Assembly: GCA_963821905.1 (NCBI GenBank)
Contig: CAWGFP010000009.1
Coordinates: 454,868 to 518,867, forward strand
Source: Thermoanaerobaculia bacterium
Lineage (GTDB): Bacteria; Acidobacteriota; Thermoanaerobaculia; Multivoradales; JAGPDF01
Reading direction: 5' to 3'
DNA: 64,000 nucleotides
Part shown: positions 1 to 9,125 of the stretch, piece by piece
Position numbering within the stretch: position 1 is the stretch's first letter
Layout: every line of letters starts with the position of its first letter
Position numbers and translations under genes: made by a program
The notes under the pieces: generated by a model
The model's database searches: none
What the model was told of the DNA's origin: nothing
The model's input: only the letters and a program-made list of their open reading frames with translations

Positions 1-975
1 GCACGGCTGGCGCTCGCTGACGCCGGAGTCGATCCGGCGGCTTCGTTCGACGACACGGGACTGGTCGTGGCGACGTCCTTCGGCCCGGCGTTCTTCACCG
101 AGAAGCTGCTGGCGACGATCTTCGACGAGGGACCGGAGGCCGCCTCACCGGCCCTGTTCACCGAATCGGTGGCGAGCGCCGCCGCCTCGCAGGTGGCGAT
201 CAACCTGCGAGCGCGCGGGCCCAGCCTCACCGTGACCCAGCGCGAGGCCGGGCCCCTGGTGGCGCTTCACGAAGGATTGAGGATGTTGCGGCACGGCCGC
301 GCGCGCCGGGTGCTGGTCGGCGCGGTGGAGGAGATGACGCCGCTGCTGCACGCAATCCTCGACCGCTTCCGCGCCCTTGCCCGGCCCGACGCGCGGGGCG
401 AAGAGCAGGCGCGGCCTTTCGATTCCGAGCGCGACGGGTTTCTCGCCGGTGAGGGCTCGACCTTCGTGCTCCTCGAGCGGCACGATGACGCCGCGGCGCG
501 CGGCGCTCGCTGGCATTGCCGGGTGACGGCCAGCGTCTCGGCCTTCGACCCTTCGGCACCGCCGCACGATTGGGGCGACGACGCGGAGAGCCTCGCCGCT
601 TCGTTGCGCCGCGGGCTCGAGCGCGCCGCCGTGCCCCTGGCGGAGGTCGATCGAGTGGTGTCCGGCGCTTCCGGGTCGGTGCGCGGCGACGCGCTCGAAG
701 CGCGCACCCTGTGCGCCGCCTGGGCCGGCGGCGCGCTGCCGCCGATTCACGCTCCCAAGGCCGTGGTCGGCGAGTACGGAGGCGCGGCACTCGCCGCGGC
801 GGTGCTCGTCGCGGGTGGCGCGACACCGGGTCCCACGCCTGGCTTTCGAGCCTCCGATCCCAAGCTCGGGATCGTGCCGCACGACGGCGGTCCCCTCCCG
901 CCGCCGCGCCGCGTGCTGACCAGCGCGCTGGCGGCGGGCGGCGCCGCCGCTTGGGCGGTGCTCGAGACGGCGTAA
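1..975 (+). CDS. beta-ketoacyl-ACP synthase-like protein, C-terminal two thirds (5' end lies outside the window); the expected catalytic Cys position is not conserved, as in a chain-length-factor-like KS
   Basis: Frame continuous from base 1. Translation ...GPSLTVTQREAGPLVALHEGLRMLRHGRARRVLVGAVEE... aligns to the KS active-site region (..TVDTACSSSLVALH..) with Q/R in place of Cys. The rest resembles a KS C-terminal domain. Stop at 973-975. Confidence 0.55.
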   Translation, partial: ARLALADAGVDPAASFDDTGLVVATSFGPAFFTEKLLATIFDEGPEAASPALFTESVASAAASQVAINLRARGPSLTVTQREAGPLVALHEGLRMLRHGRARRVLVGAVEEMTPLLHAILDRFRALARPDARGEEQARPFDSERDGFLAGEGSTFVLLERHDDAAARGARWHCRVTASVSAFDPSAPPHDWGDDAESLAASLRRGLERAAVPLAEVDRVVSGASGSVRGDALEARTLCAAWAGGALPPIHAPKAVVGEYGGAALAAAVLVAGGATPGPTPGFRASDPKLGIVPHDGGPLPPPRRVLTSALAAGGAAAWAVLETA

Positions 976-1008
976 GATCGCGCGGATCGAGCTTCATCCT
1001 CTGCCGCG

Positions 1009-2316
1009 ATGTCCGTCCGCGACGATTCCCCCTACCCTCCGCCGGCCCTCCCGGGACGCCAGGAACTCGCCTATCGCGACGATCTGACCGGGCTCTACAA
1101 CCGCCGGTTGCTGACCGAGCTGCTCAACGCGGGCTGGCCGGCGCTGGTCGAACGCCATGGCACCGTGGCGCTCATCTTGCTCGATCTCGATCTGTTCAAG
1201 GAGGTCAACGACACCTGGGGCCACATGGCGGGTGACGAGGCTCTGCGCGCGGCTGGCGAGCAGCTGCGCCGGCACATGCGCGAAAGCGACCTGCTGGTGC
1301 GCTACGGTGGCGACGAGTTCGTCGCTGTGCTGCCCGGGGTGGGTGAAGCCGAGGCCGACGGCCTGATCGAGCGGGCGCGCCAAGCGCTGGAGCAGAATCG
1401 ATTCCGCCCGGGACCGCGGGCCCCGGAGGTCCTGCTGCCCATCGCCTTCTCGCACGGCGTGGCGGTGGGTCCGCGCGATGGAGCCTCGGGCGAGGACGTG
1501 CTGCGGCGCGCCGACGAGCGGCTCTACCAGACCAAGCGCGAGCATCGCGAATCGCGGTCGCACGACGCACGGTACGCCATCGCCTGGTGGCGTCTGGCGC
1601 TGCCCGCGGTTCTCCTGCTGGCACTCGGCGGCGCCGTGTGGACGACTTTGCGGCGCCACGCCGGAAGCGAGGCGGCGCCTCTCTCCGGGCCGCCCGCCAG
1701 CCCGACCGTGGGCGCGGTGAGCGAGTCGCCGTCCAACGTCGACGGTCTCCTGAGCCAGATCGCCCAACTCCAGGCCGAGGTGAAGACCTTGAACGACGCG
1801 CTGCAGGTCGAGCGCTCGCTGGATGATCGAAGCCAGTACGAAGAGAAACTGCGCCAGCTCAACAGCACCATCGCGCAGCTACAGGAACAGGTTCCCGCCG
1901 CGACTCCGGCGAACGAATCCCTTGTGGCGGTACCGCGCGCGGCCAACGTCGCGCCAGTGGCGCCGCCCCCCGCCGCGCAGGCCGTGTCGCCGCCCACAGC
2001 GGTCGTCGTGCCGCCGCCGCCGCCCGCGCAGCCGGCGCGCATCCGTGCGCCGGTCCTCGCCGAGCCGCTCGTGCCTTCCTACCCACGCGTGGCCCGTCAG
2101 CTGCGACGCGAAGCCACGGTCGAGCTGTTGCTCACCGTCGACGCCGATGGCAGGGTCATCGCGGCTGAGCCGCAGGGGACGCGAGTCGGCCTCGGGTTCG
2201 AGGAAGCGGCGCAGCAAGCCGCGCTGAAGGCGCGGTTCACGCCCGGCGCGCGCGACGGCGTCGCCGAGCGCATGCAGACCCGCCTGACCGTGCGCTTCGA
2301 GCTCAACGGGAACTGA
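1009..2316 (+). CDS. GGDEF diguanylate cyclase fused through one TM helix, a coiled coil and a Pro/Ala-rich linker to a TonB C-terminal domain
   Basis: N-terminal DLTGLYNRR...RESDLLVRYGGDEFVAVLPG carries an intact GGDEF motif plus an RxxD I-site. One hydrophobic helix AIAWWRLALPAVLLLALGGAVW follows, then a heptad-like QIAQLQAEVKTLNDALQ...LRQLNSTIAQLQEQ segment and a PPPAAQAVSPPTAVVVPPPPPAQP linker. The C-terminal ~90 aa (PSYPRVARQLRREATVELLLTVDADGRVIAAEPQG...FTPGARDGVAERMQTRLTVRFEL) match the TonB_C fold pattern. Confidence 0.7.
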   Translation: MSVRDDSPYPPPALPGRQELAYRDDLTGLYNRRLLTELLNAGWPALVERHGTVALILLDLDLFKEVNDTWGHMAGDEALRAAGEQLRRHMRESDLLVRYGGDEFVAVLPGVGEAEADGLIERARQALEQNRFRPGPRAPEVLLPIAFSHGVAVGPRDGASGEDVLRRADERLYQTKREHRESRSHDARYAIAWWRLALPAVLLLALGGAVWTTLRRHAGSEAAPLSGPPASPTVGAVSESPSNVDGLLSQIAQLQAEVKTLNDALQVERSLDDRSQYEEKLRQLNSTIAQLQEQVPAATPANESLVAVPRAANVAPVAPPPAAQAVSPPTAVVVPPPPPAQPARIRAPVLAEPLVPSYPRVARQLRREATVELLLTVDADGRVIAAEPQGTRVGLGFEEAAQQAALKARFTPGARDGVAERMQTRLTVRFELNGN

Positions 2317-3016
2317 CGCCGAAGCGGGCGCGGACGAGGGCCGCGAGCCGCGCCAGCAGCCCGAAGGCCCCGCCCGACTGGCGGGCGGCATCCGCCAGGT
2401 CGAGGTAACGGAGTACCCGCGCGTAGCGTCCGCTCGCTCCGTGCCGGGCCAGTCTTTCCACCAAGTCACGACCGAGGCGACGGTCGTCCGCCTCGTTCCA
2501 AGATGGGCGTTCGGCGGCCACCGCGCGGCGGCGTGCGGCGGCGGCGAGATCGTCGAGCGCCGCCCGCGGCCAGGGATCCTGAAGCTCGCCGGCGGCCATG
2601 GCGACGAACACCGGCTGGCCGATGGGTTGGCCCGCGAGGGCGCTTTCGAGCGCGAACTCCCAGCGGTTGATCTGCGCCAGGCGCTCGCCCGCGAGGCCGC
2701 GCTGAGCGGCGAAATCGAACAAGGTGCGGGCGTAAGCGGCGAGGGCCTGAAGCCGGAGGCGCTCGCCCGGAGTCAGGAGCAGGAGAGCCGGGGCATAGTC
2801 GCCGAGCAGGTCGCGGCAGAGGCGGGCGCAGAACTCGCGGGCATGCTCGGGATCGAAATCGTCGAGTGGCGTGGCGATCTCATTCGCCAGCCTGGTGTGC
2901 GGACTGCCGGCGAGAGCGTCGGCCCGCCAGGCGCCGCCCTCGGGACGGCGGTCGCGCAGCTCGATCTCGTCGGAGGGATCGGCGCCGCCGGGAGTGAGAT
3001 CGCGGACCGGCGCCAC
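2303..3016 (-). CDS. hypothetical protein with weak squalene/phytoene-synthase-like features and no Asp-rich motifs
   Basis: Intact 237-aa ORF, codirectional with the phospholipid genes. The segment LTPGERLRLQALAAYARTLFDFAAQ resembles the LP..R...YAF.R..DD..D region of trans-isoprenyl diphosphate synthases head-to-head, but the DDxxD motif is replaced by FDFAAQ. Confidence 0.35.
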   Translation of the reverse strand: MAPVRDLTPGGADPSDEIELRDRRPEGGAWRADALAGSPHTRLANEIATPLDDFDPEHAREFCARLCRDLLGDYAPALLLLTPGERLRLQALAAYARTLFDFAAQRGLAGERLAQINRWEFALESALAGQPIGQPVFVAMAAGELQDPWPRAALDDLAAAARRRAVAAERPSWNEADDRRLGRDLVERLARHGASGRYARVLRYLDLADAARQSGGAFGLLARLAALVRARFGVSSR

Positions 3017-3022
3017 GTGCGG

Positions 3023-3337
3023 TTACTGCGGAGGCGGGGGCGGCGCCGGCTCGCTCGACTGGGTGTCGGCCTCGGCCGCCAGCCGTGCGCGCTCGGCCTC
3101 GTACTGCTTGTAGGCGTCCTCGGCTTGGGCCTCGGTCAGCGGCTGCTGCTGCGCCTCCTCGAGCCGTCGCGTGGCTTCGGCGGCACGGCGCTCCATCTCG
3201 AGCGTCTGCTGGGACTGGCTCTGCTTGGCGCTCGGGCTCGATGACGGCTGCGAGATCTCAGGCTGCGGTTTGAGCGTCGGCTCGCAGGCGGCCAGGGCCA
3301 GCGCGGCGGCGGCGACGGCAAATCGAGTGCGGGACAT
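3023..3337 (-). CDS. small lipoprotein, Gln/Ala/Pro-rich
   Basis: MSRTRFAVAAAALALAACEPT... gives a signal peptide and a lipobox (LAAC). It is the in-frame tail of the 3023..4333 ORF, but a separate ATG at 3335-3337 sits 45 nt downstream of the cdsA stop. The body is low-complexity and coiled-coil-like. Confidence 0.5.
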   Translation of the reverse strand: MSRTRFAVAAAALALAACEPTLKPQPEISQPSSSPSAKQSQSQQTLEMERRAAEATRRLEEAQQQPLTEAQAEDAYKQYEAERARLAAEADTQSSEPAPPPPPQ

Positions 3338-3381
3338 GGCTTTCTCCGGGGATCGCGACGATGGTAGCACGCGCGCCCGCG

Positions 3382-4333
3382 CTACTCCGGCAGATAGAAG
3401 AAATAGCGCGTGAGGTGGAACAGCACGGGCGCGGCGAAGCAGATCGAGTCGATGCGGTCGAGGATGCCGCCGTGGCCCGGGATGAGCTCGCCGTAGTCCT
3501 TGACCCCGCGGTCGCGCTTGATCGCCGACATGGTCAAGCCGCCGGCGAATCCGAGCAGGGTCACGGCGAGCGACATCGCGGCGGCCTGCAGCGGCGTGTA
3601 GGGCGTCAGCCACCACAGCGCGGTGCCGATGCCGGTGGCGGACAGAATGCCGCCCACGAAACCCTCCCAGGTCTTGTTGGGCGACACGTTGGGCGCGATC
3701 TTGTGCCGGCCGGCGAGCTTGCCCCAGACGTACTGCAGGACGTCCGAGATCTGCACCACCAGAATGAGGAAGAGCAGCAGCTTGCCGTTCTGGCCCTCGT
3801 AGCCGCGCAACTCCAGCTTGAGGATCGCCGGCGCGTAGCTCGACGCAATAGACGCAGACCATCAGACCCCACTGAATCTTCGCCGCGCGCTCGAGGAAAC
3901 CCTCGGTGTCGCCGCCGATCGCCGTGCGGATGGGCACGAAGAGAAAGGCGTAGACCGGGATGAAGATCGAGAAGAGGCCGTACCAGCCGATGCCGACCAG
4001 GACGTACTGCAGCGGCGTGATGACGAAGAACGCCCAGAAGAGCGTCATGTGGTCGGCGCGCCGGGTGGGCGTCAGCGTGACGAACTCGCGCAGGGCGAGG
4101 AAGGAGAGCAGGCCGAAGAGCACCACCGAGCCGATGCCGCCGGTGGCCAGCGAGAGCGAGAACACCGCGGCCATCAGCCACCAGGCGCGGATGCGTGAGT
4201 TCATGTTGGCGACCGTGGCGCGGCCGCTCTCGCCGCGCACGGTCCGCGCCAGGATCGCGCCGGTCACCGAGGCCACGACCAGCAGGCCGAGCACGCCGCC
4301 GAACGCCCACAACAGCTCTCGGTCGAGGGTCAT
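3382..4333 (-). pseudogene. cdsA: phosphatidate cytidylyltransferase (CDP-diglyceride synthase), one frameshift near 3815-3845
   Basis: The N-terminal ~165 aa (frame of ORF 3023..4333: MTLDRELLWAFGGVLGLLVV...FLFVPIRTAIGG...IQWGLMVCVYCVE) and the C-terminal 142 aa (ORF 3382..3810: ...KLAGRHKIAPNVSPNKTWEGFVGGILSA...PGHGGILDRIDSI) are both clear CdsA halves in different frames. CdsA signature motifs are present. Confidence 0.8.
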
Positions 4334-4971
4334 GACCGATGCAGCCTGAGCACCGCCTCGCGGGCGCGAGCAAGGAAGGCGTTCTTGTCTTCGTCCGCCG
4401 CGAGGCGGAGCGGCTCGCCGAAGGTGACACTGGCGAGCAGCGGCACCGGCGCCACCTCGCCTTTGGGAAGCACGCGCCCGAGGTTCTCGATGTAGGCGGG
4501 CACCAGCGGCAAACCGGGACGCAAGCGCGAGAGATGGAAGATGCCGCTCTTGAACGGGGCCGGCTCGTCGCTCTGCCCGCGGGTACCCTCGGGAAAGAGG
4601 ATCAGCGAATGACGCTCGCCCATCGCCGCGGCGGTCGCTTCGACGACGCGCCGGGCGTGTTCGCGATGGCCGTTGTCATCCGTGCCGGCGACGGCGCGCT
4701 CGATCAGGAAGGCATTGAAAACCCGGCTGGCTAGAAAACGGCGCAGAGCGCCGCGATCCCAGTAATCCTTGGCCGCCACCGGCCGCGCCAGCGCGCGCCT
4801 TTCCGCCGGCAATGCCGCCCACAGCACGACGGCGTCGAGGTGACTGCGGTGATTGGCGATGTAAACGCAGGGCTCGCGCGGCGGCGGTGCCGTCCAGCGC
4901 GCCTGCGCGCCGCAGATCAGCCGGGCGAGCGCGGCCACCGCCGGCGCTACCGGGTGCACCTCGGCGCTCAC
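4330..4971 (-). CDS. plsC: 1-acyl-sn-glycerol-3-phosphate acyltransferase
   Basis: HxxxxD motif (ANHRSHLDAVV) and FPEGTRG motif. 213 aa. The stop overlaps the cdsA start (4330-4333). Confidence 0.8.
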   Translation of the reverse strand: MSAEVHPVAPAVAALARLICGAQARWTAPPPREPCVYIANHRSHLDAVVLWAALPAERRALARPVAAKDYWDRGALRRFLASRVFNAFLIERAVAGTDDNGHREHARRVVEATAAAMGERHSLILFPEGTRGQSDEPAPFKSGIFHLSRLRPGLPLVPAYIENLGRVLPKGEVAPVPLLASVTFGEPLRLAADEDKNAFLARAREAVLRLHRS

Positions 4972-5621
4972 CGGGCCTCGAGCTCACGCGCAATGCGCCG
5001 CGTGCGGCGCAGGGCCGTCCAGACGCTGCCGACGATGATCAGCGCGAGCGCCAGCGGCAGCGCCCGCGGCGGCCAGGCGAACGCCCGCTCGAGTGCCGCC
5101 AGCAAGCAGGCGACGGTGAGCGTTGCCATGCGGTGGGGTTTGGCCATCGGCCCGCAAAAATGCTGGGTCACGCCCGCGGCCCCACCCAGCAGGCGAACGT
5201 AAGCGGTGAGGATGGCGAGGGCGGTCGCCAGCCAACCCAGGGTCGGACCCCACCACAGTCCGCGCAGCGAGTAGCCGGCGCCGAGCAGGATGAACGCGTC
5301 GGCGATGCGGTCCGGCAAGTCGTTCCAGATCTCGCCGGTCTTGGATTTCATGCCGCCCTCGATCGCCACCATGCCGTCGAGGAGGTTGCAGAGCAGGCGT
5401 AGCTGGATCCCCGCCGCGGCGCCGAGGTAGAGGCCGACCGCGGCCGCTGCCGAGACATCGGGCACCACCCACAGCGCCTTCCCGGCGAGCGCCGCGAAGA
5501 GCACCGATAAGAGCGAGATGGTGTTCGGGCTCACCCGCAGCCGCACCAGCCAGCCGGCGATCGCCTTCGCCCAACCGGTGTCGCGCGATTTCAGCGGACG
5601 ACGCGGTGCAGCGGTGATCAT
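4968..5621 (-). CDS. CDP-alcohol phosphatidyltransferase (PgsA-like)
   Basis: Signature D-G-x2-A-R-x8-G-x3-G-x3-D-x3-D is present as NLLDGMVAIEGGMKSKTGEIWNDLPDRIADA. Multiple TM helices. The 3' end overlaps plsC by 4 nt. Confidence 0.8.
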   Translation of the reverse strand: MITAAPRRPLKSRDTGWAKAIAGWLVRLRVSPNTISLLSVLFAALAGKALWVVPDVSAAAAVGLYLGAAAGIQLRLLCNLLDGMVAIEGGMKSKTGEIWNDLPDRIADAFILLGAGYSLRGLWWGPTLGWLATALAILTAYVRLLGGAAGVTQHFCGPMAKPHRMATLTVACLLAALERAFAWPPRALPLALALIIVGSVWTALRRTRRIARELEAR

Positions 5622-5628
5622 GGCTTGC

Positions 5629-6819
5629 TCAGGCCAGCAGACGCAGGAGTTCCCGCTGCGGCTCTCCGCCAGTGATCTCGGGACCTTCGGGAGTGAGCGC
5701 GACGTTGATCTCGGTGCGCACGCCGAAATCGCCCGTGATGTAGATGCCGGGTTCGATGGAGAAGCCGGTCATGGGCAGCAGCAGGCGCTCGTCGTGGGTT
5801 TCGAGATTGTCCATGTTGGCGCCCTGGCCGTGGTCCTGGATGCCGATCGAGTGGCCGGTGCGGTGGATGAAGCGCTCGCCGTAACCAGCCTTCTCGATCA
5901 CCGCGCGGGTGGCGTCGTCGACCTCGAAGCCGCGCACCGGGGTGTGCGGATAGCGCGAGCGCACCAACTCCCACCCGGCGTCGCGGGCAGCGGCGTCGAC
6001 CGCCCAGACCTCCTGCTGGCGGTCGGTCGGCGCCGGCGCGCAGACGCCGCACCAGGTGATGTCGGCGTAGACGCTGCCGGCAGCCTTCTCCTTCGCCCAC
6101 AGGTCGATGAGCAGGAAATCGCCGCGCAGGATCGGCGAGAAATGCGTCGAATCCGGCTGGTAGTGCGGGTCGGCGCTGTGCTCGTTGACACCCACGATCG
6201 GCGGCGACTCGGTCCACAGGCCGGCCTGCTCGAAGCCCTCGAGGAGGAAGCGCTGCACCGCGTACTCGTCGATCTCGCGGTTCTCGCGCAAGTGGCGCGA
6301 CACCAGGTCGAAAGCTTCCTTCACCAGGCGATGAAGGTGAACGTTGGCGCGCCGGTGGCCGGCGAGCTGCTCTTGGCTCCATGCCGCGGCGAAGCGGGTC
6401 ACGAGATCGGCCGAGGTGATGAGCTCGCAGCCCGCCTGACGCAGCAGCTCGGCGGTGCCGGCGTCGAGCCGCGACACTGCCGGCAGCGTGTTGAGCGGGC
6501 TGTACTGGCAGCCCAGCTTCTTGACGCCGGCGACCAGCTCGGCGAGACCCTTGCGGTGCTCTTGCCAGCGCGTGTAGAGCGTCTTCTCGCCCGGCAGGTG
6601 GTCGAGCATGGCGGGCTCGAGGCCGTGCGCCAGCTTGCGCGGCGCGCCGCTCCTGGGGATCAGGTAGTAGCAGCGGCGCGTCACCAGCTTGCCCTCGCCC
6701 GAGAGTCCGAGCAGGTCGAGCGACACCGGATCGTTCTGCTGGAAAGCGGCGAAGAGCCAGGCGTCGAGCCCCGCTTCGTCGAGGGCGGCCTGGATCTCGG
6801 GGATGCGATCGGCGAGCAT
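5629..6819 (-). CDS. M24 family metallopeptidase (Xaa-Pro aminopeptidase/prolidase-like)
   Basis: 396 aa from ATG 6817-6819, with an AGGAGG 8 nt upstream. The C-terminal pita-bread region holds the metal ligands (HRTGHSIGIQDHG...FSIEPGIY). The upstream part of the 681-aa ORF in the track is antisense to the next gene and is rejected. Confidence 0.8.
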   Translation of the reverse strand: MLADRIPEIQAALDEAGLDAWLFAAFQQNDPVSLDLLGLSGEGKLVTRRCYYLIPRSGAPRKLAHGLEPAMLDHLPGEKTLYTRWQEHRKGLAELVAGVKKLGCQYSPLNTLPAVSRLDAGTAELLRQAGCELITSADLVTRFAAAWSQEQLAGHRRANVHLHRLVKEAFDLVSRHLRENREIDEYAVQRFLLEGFEQAGLWTESPPIVGVNEHSADPHYQPDSTHFSPILRGDFLLIDLWAKEKAAGSVYADITWCGVCAPAPTDRQQEVWAVDAAARDAGWELVRSRYPHTPVRGFEVDDATRAVIEKAGYGERFIHRTGHSIGIQDHGQGANMDNLETHDERLLLPMTGFSIEPGIYITGDFGVRTEINVALTPEGPEITGGEPQRELLRLLA

Positions 6820-6939
6820 GCGGGGAGCCTCCTGAGCGGTCGTGGCATCGTAGCAGACGGGTGCGCGGCCATTCGTCGCGATTGACCGCCGCCGGACCGG
6901 GCGATAGCTTGGCGCCGGCACACACCGCAGGAAGGAGCG

Positions 6940-9082
6940 ATGATGCGATCGACTCGCGCATCGGCGCGGTGGAGCGCACGCGGCTCGCTGGCGCTGTCGC
7001 TGGTGGCGGCGGCCCTGGCCGCGGCCCCGCCCATCGAATATCCCCCGGCGCCGCGCCGCGAGGTCATCGCCGACTTCCATGGCACGCCGGTCGCCGATCC
7101 CCACCGCATTCTCGAGGATGCCGCCGACCCGCGCACCGCCACCTGGCTCGCGGCGGAGCAGGAGCTGACCGCGTCGGTGCTCGGTGCCCTGCCGCGGCGC
7201 GCGGCGATCCGCCGCCGGCTGGAGGAGCTCTCCCAGGCCTCGTCGACGGAGGTGCCCTGGCGCGAAGGCGGGCGGCTGTTTTACGTGGCGACGGACGGCC
7301 GGGCGCAGCAGCCGGTGCTTTACGAGGAGCAGGTCTCCGGCGAGGCGCGCGCCGTGGTCGACCCGAACCGCATCTCGCCCGATGGGGCCATCGCGGTGGG
7401 TGATTTCGTGGTGTCTCCCGACGCGCGCCGGGTGGCGTTCCGGATGGCACGCGGCGGCGAGGACCTGGGCGAGGTGCGCGTGTGGGAGGTGGACAGCGGC
7501 CGCGACCTGGGAGAGTCGATCCCTGGAGTTTCGAACCTGGGCAGCTGGCTGCCCGACGCCCGTGGATTCTTCTATGTCCGTCCCGCGACGAGCGCGCCGG
7601 AAGGCGCCCGCTCCGGCAAACAGATCGTGATGCACCGCCTGGGCCGCCCGGCGTCGGAGGACGTCGTCGTGCACGTCTTTCCCGGCGCCGCAGCGCGCTG
7701 GGCCTACTGCATGACGAGCGCGAACGGGCGTTGGGCGCTATTCGTGGCGGAGAAGGGAAGCGAGAGCGAGCTGGTCGTTCTCGAGTTGGAGGGTGACCGC
7801 GCTGCGGGGCCGAACTCCCGGCGCTTCACGCTGCTCGCCGGCCGCGGTGGTTTCCATACGCCGCTCGACTTCGCCGGCGACACCCTCTTCGTGCGCACCA
7901 ACCTCGACGCCCCGCGCGGCCGCGTGGTGGCGCTCGATCTGGGCGCTGCGGCCGATGCGGCACCGCGACCGGTGGTCGCCGAGACACCCGAAACGCTGGA
8001 AAACGCTGTGATCGCCGGTGACCGCCTGGTGCTGCATTACCTCGTCGACGTCGAGAGCCGGCTCCGTCTTCATGCCCTCGACGGAGCGCCGGCCGGCGAG
8101 ATCGCCCTTCCGGGGCCGGGGGCTGTTGGCTGGCCGCTCTCCGCCCGTCCGGGCTCGCCGGAACTGCACTACGCGTTCGCCTCGTACCTGGCGCCGAGCA
8201 CGGTCTACCGCTACGACGTGCGCACGCGCACCAGCACGCCCTTTCGCGCGCCGCGCGTGCCTTTCGACGCCGACGCCTACGAGACGCGGCAGGTCTTCGT
8301 CGCCTCGCCGGACGGCACGCGCGTGCCGATGTTCGTGACCGCCGCGAAAGGTCTCGCGCGCCGCGGAGAGCGGCCGGCCTTCCTCACCGCCTACGGCGGC
8401 TACGGCGCGAGCCTGCAGCCGGCGTACGACCCCGAGATCCCGCTGTGGCTCGAGATGGGCGGCGTCTACGCGGTGGCCAACCTGCGCGGCGGCGGAGAGT
8501 ACGGTGAGGCGTGGCACCGCGGCGGGCATGCTCGAGCGCAAGCAGTCGAGCTTCGACGATTTCTACGCCGCCGCACGGTTTCTCGTCTCCGAGGGTTATA
8601 CCGCGCCCGGGCGGCTGGCGATCTACGGTCACTCGAACGGCGGTCTCCTGATCGGCGCGGCGATCACCCAGCAGCCGCAACTGTTCGCCGCCGCGGTGGC
8701 GAACGCCGGGCACTACGACATGCTGCGCTTCCACCGCTTCAACGCCGGCGCCGCCTGGGTCTCCGAGTACGGCTCGCCCGACGAAGCGGCGGCTTTCCGC
8801 TGGCTGCGCGCCTACTCGCCGCTGCACAACGTCAGGACCGCCGCTTGCTACCCGGCGACCCTGCTACTCGCCGCCGACCACGACGACCGCGTGGTGCCGG
8901 GGCATTCCTACAAGTTCGCCGCCGCGCTCCAGCAGGCGCAGGGCTGCGACCGGCCGGTGCTGCTGCGCGTCGCCAAGGACGCGAGCCACAGCTACGCCTC
9001 GCGCGACGCGTTCCTCGACGAGCGCGCCGACATGTGGGCCTTCATCGCCGCGCACACCGGCGCGAGCCTCGTCGCGCGGTAG
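6940..9082 (+). pseudogene. prolyl oligopeptidase (S9A), secreted; single frameshift near 8515
   Basis: Signal peptide, then a beta-propeller N-terminal domain (YPPAPRREVIADFHGTPVADPHRILED...). The catalytic domain continues in the frame of ORF 8504..9082 (GHSNGGLLIGAAITQQPQLF, with the catalytic Ser in GHSNGG). The break falls in ...EYGEAWHRGG|MLERKQSSFDDF. Confidence 0.8.
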
Positions 9083-9125
9083 CCGCGATGGTGTGAGCGC
9101 TGTCGGATGAGATATAGGTAGTGAG

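Noticed and set aside
145-1767. Long antisense ORFs (145..882, 227..997, 994..1767) and similar ones (e.g. 5618..6979, 10484..11662, 16665..17870, 43557..46046)
   Set aside because: They are Arg/Ala/Pro/Gly-rich low-complexity translations antisense to genes with clear homology. These are shadow ORFs expected at 70% GC.
3023-4333. 436-aa ORF as a single protein
   Set aside because: It is a read-through composite: the CdsA N-terminal half, then out-of-frame junk, then a separate small lipoprotein with its own ATG (3335-3337) in the same frame.
6820-6939. Sigma-70 promoter (TTGACC ... ATAGCT) in the peptidase divergent region
   Set aside because: The -10 match is poor and GC-rich. It is not distinguishable from chance.
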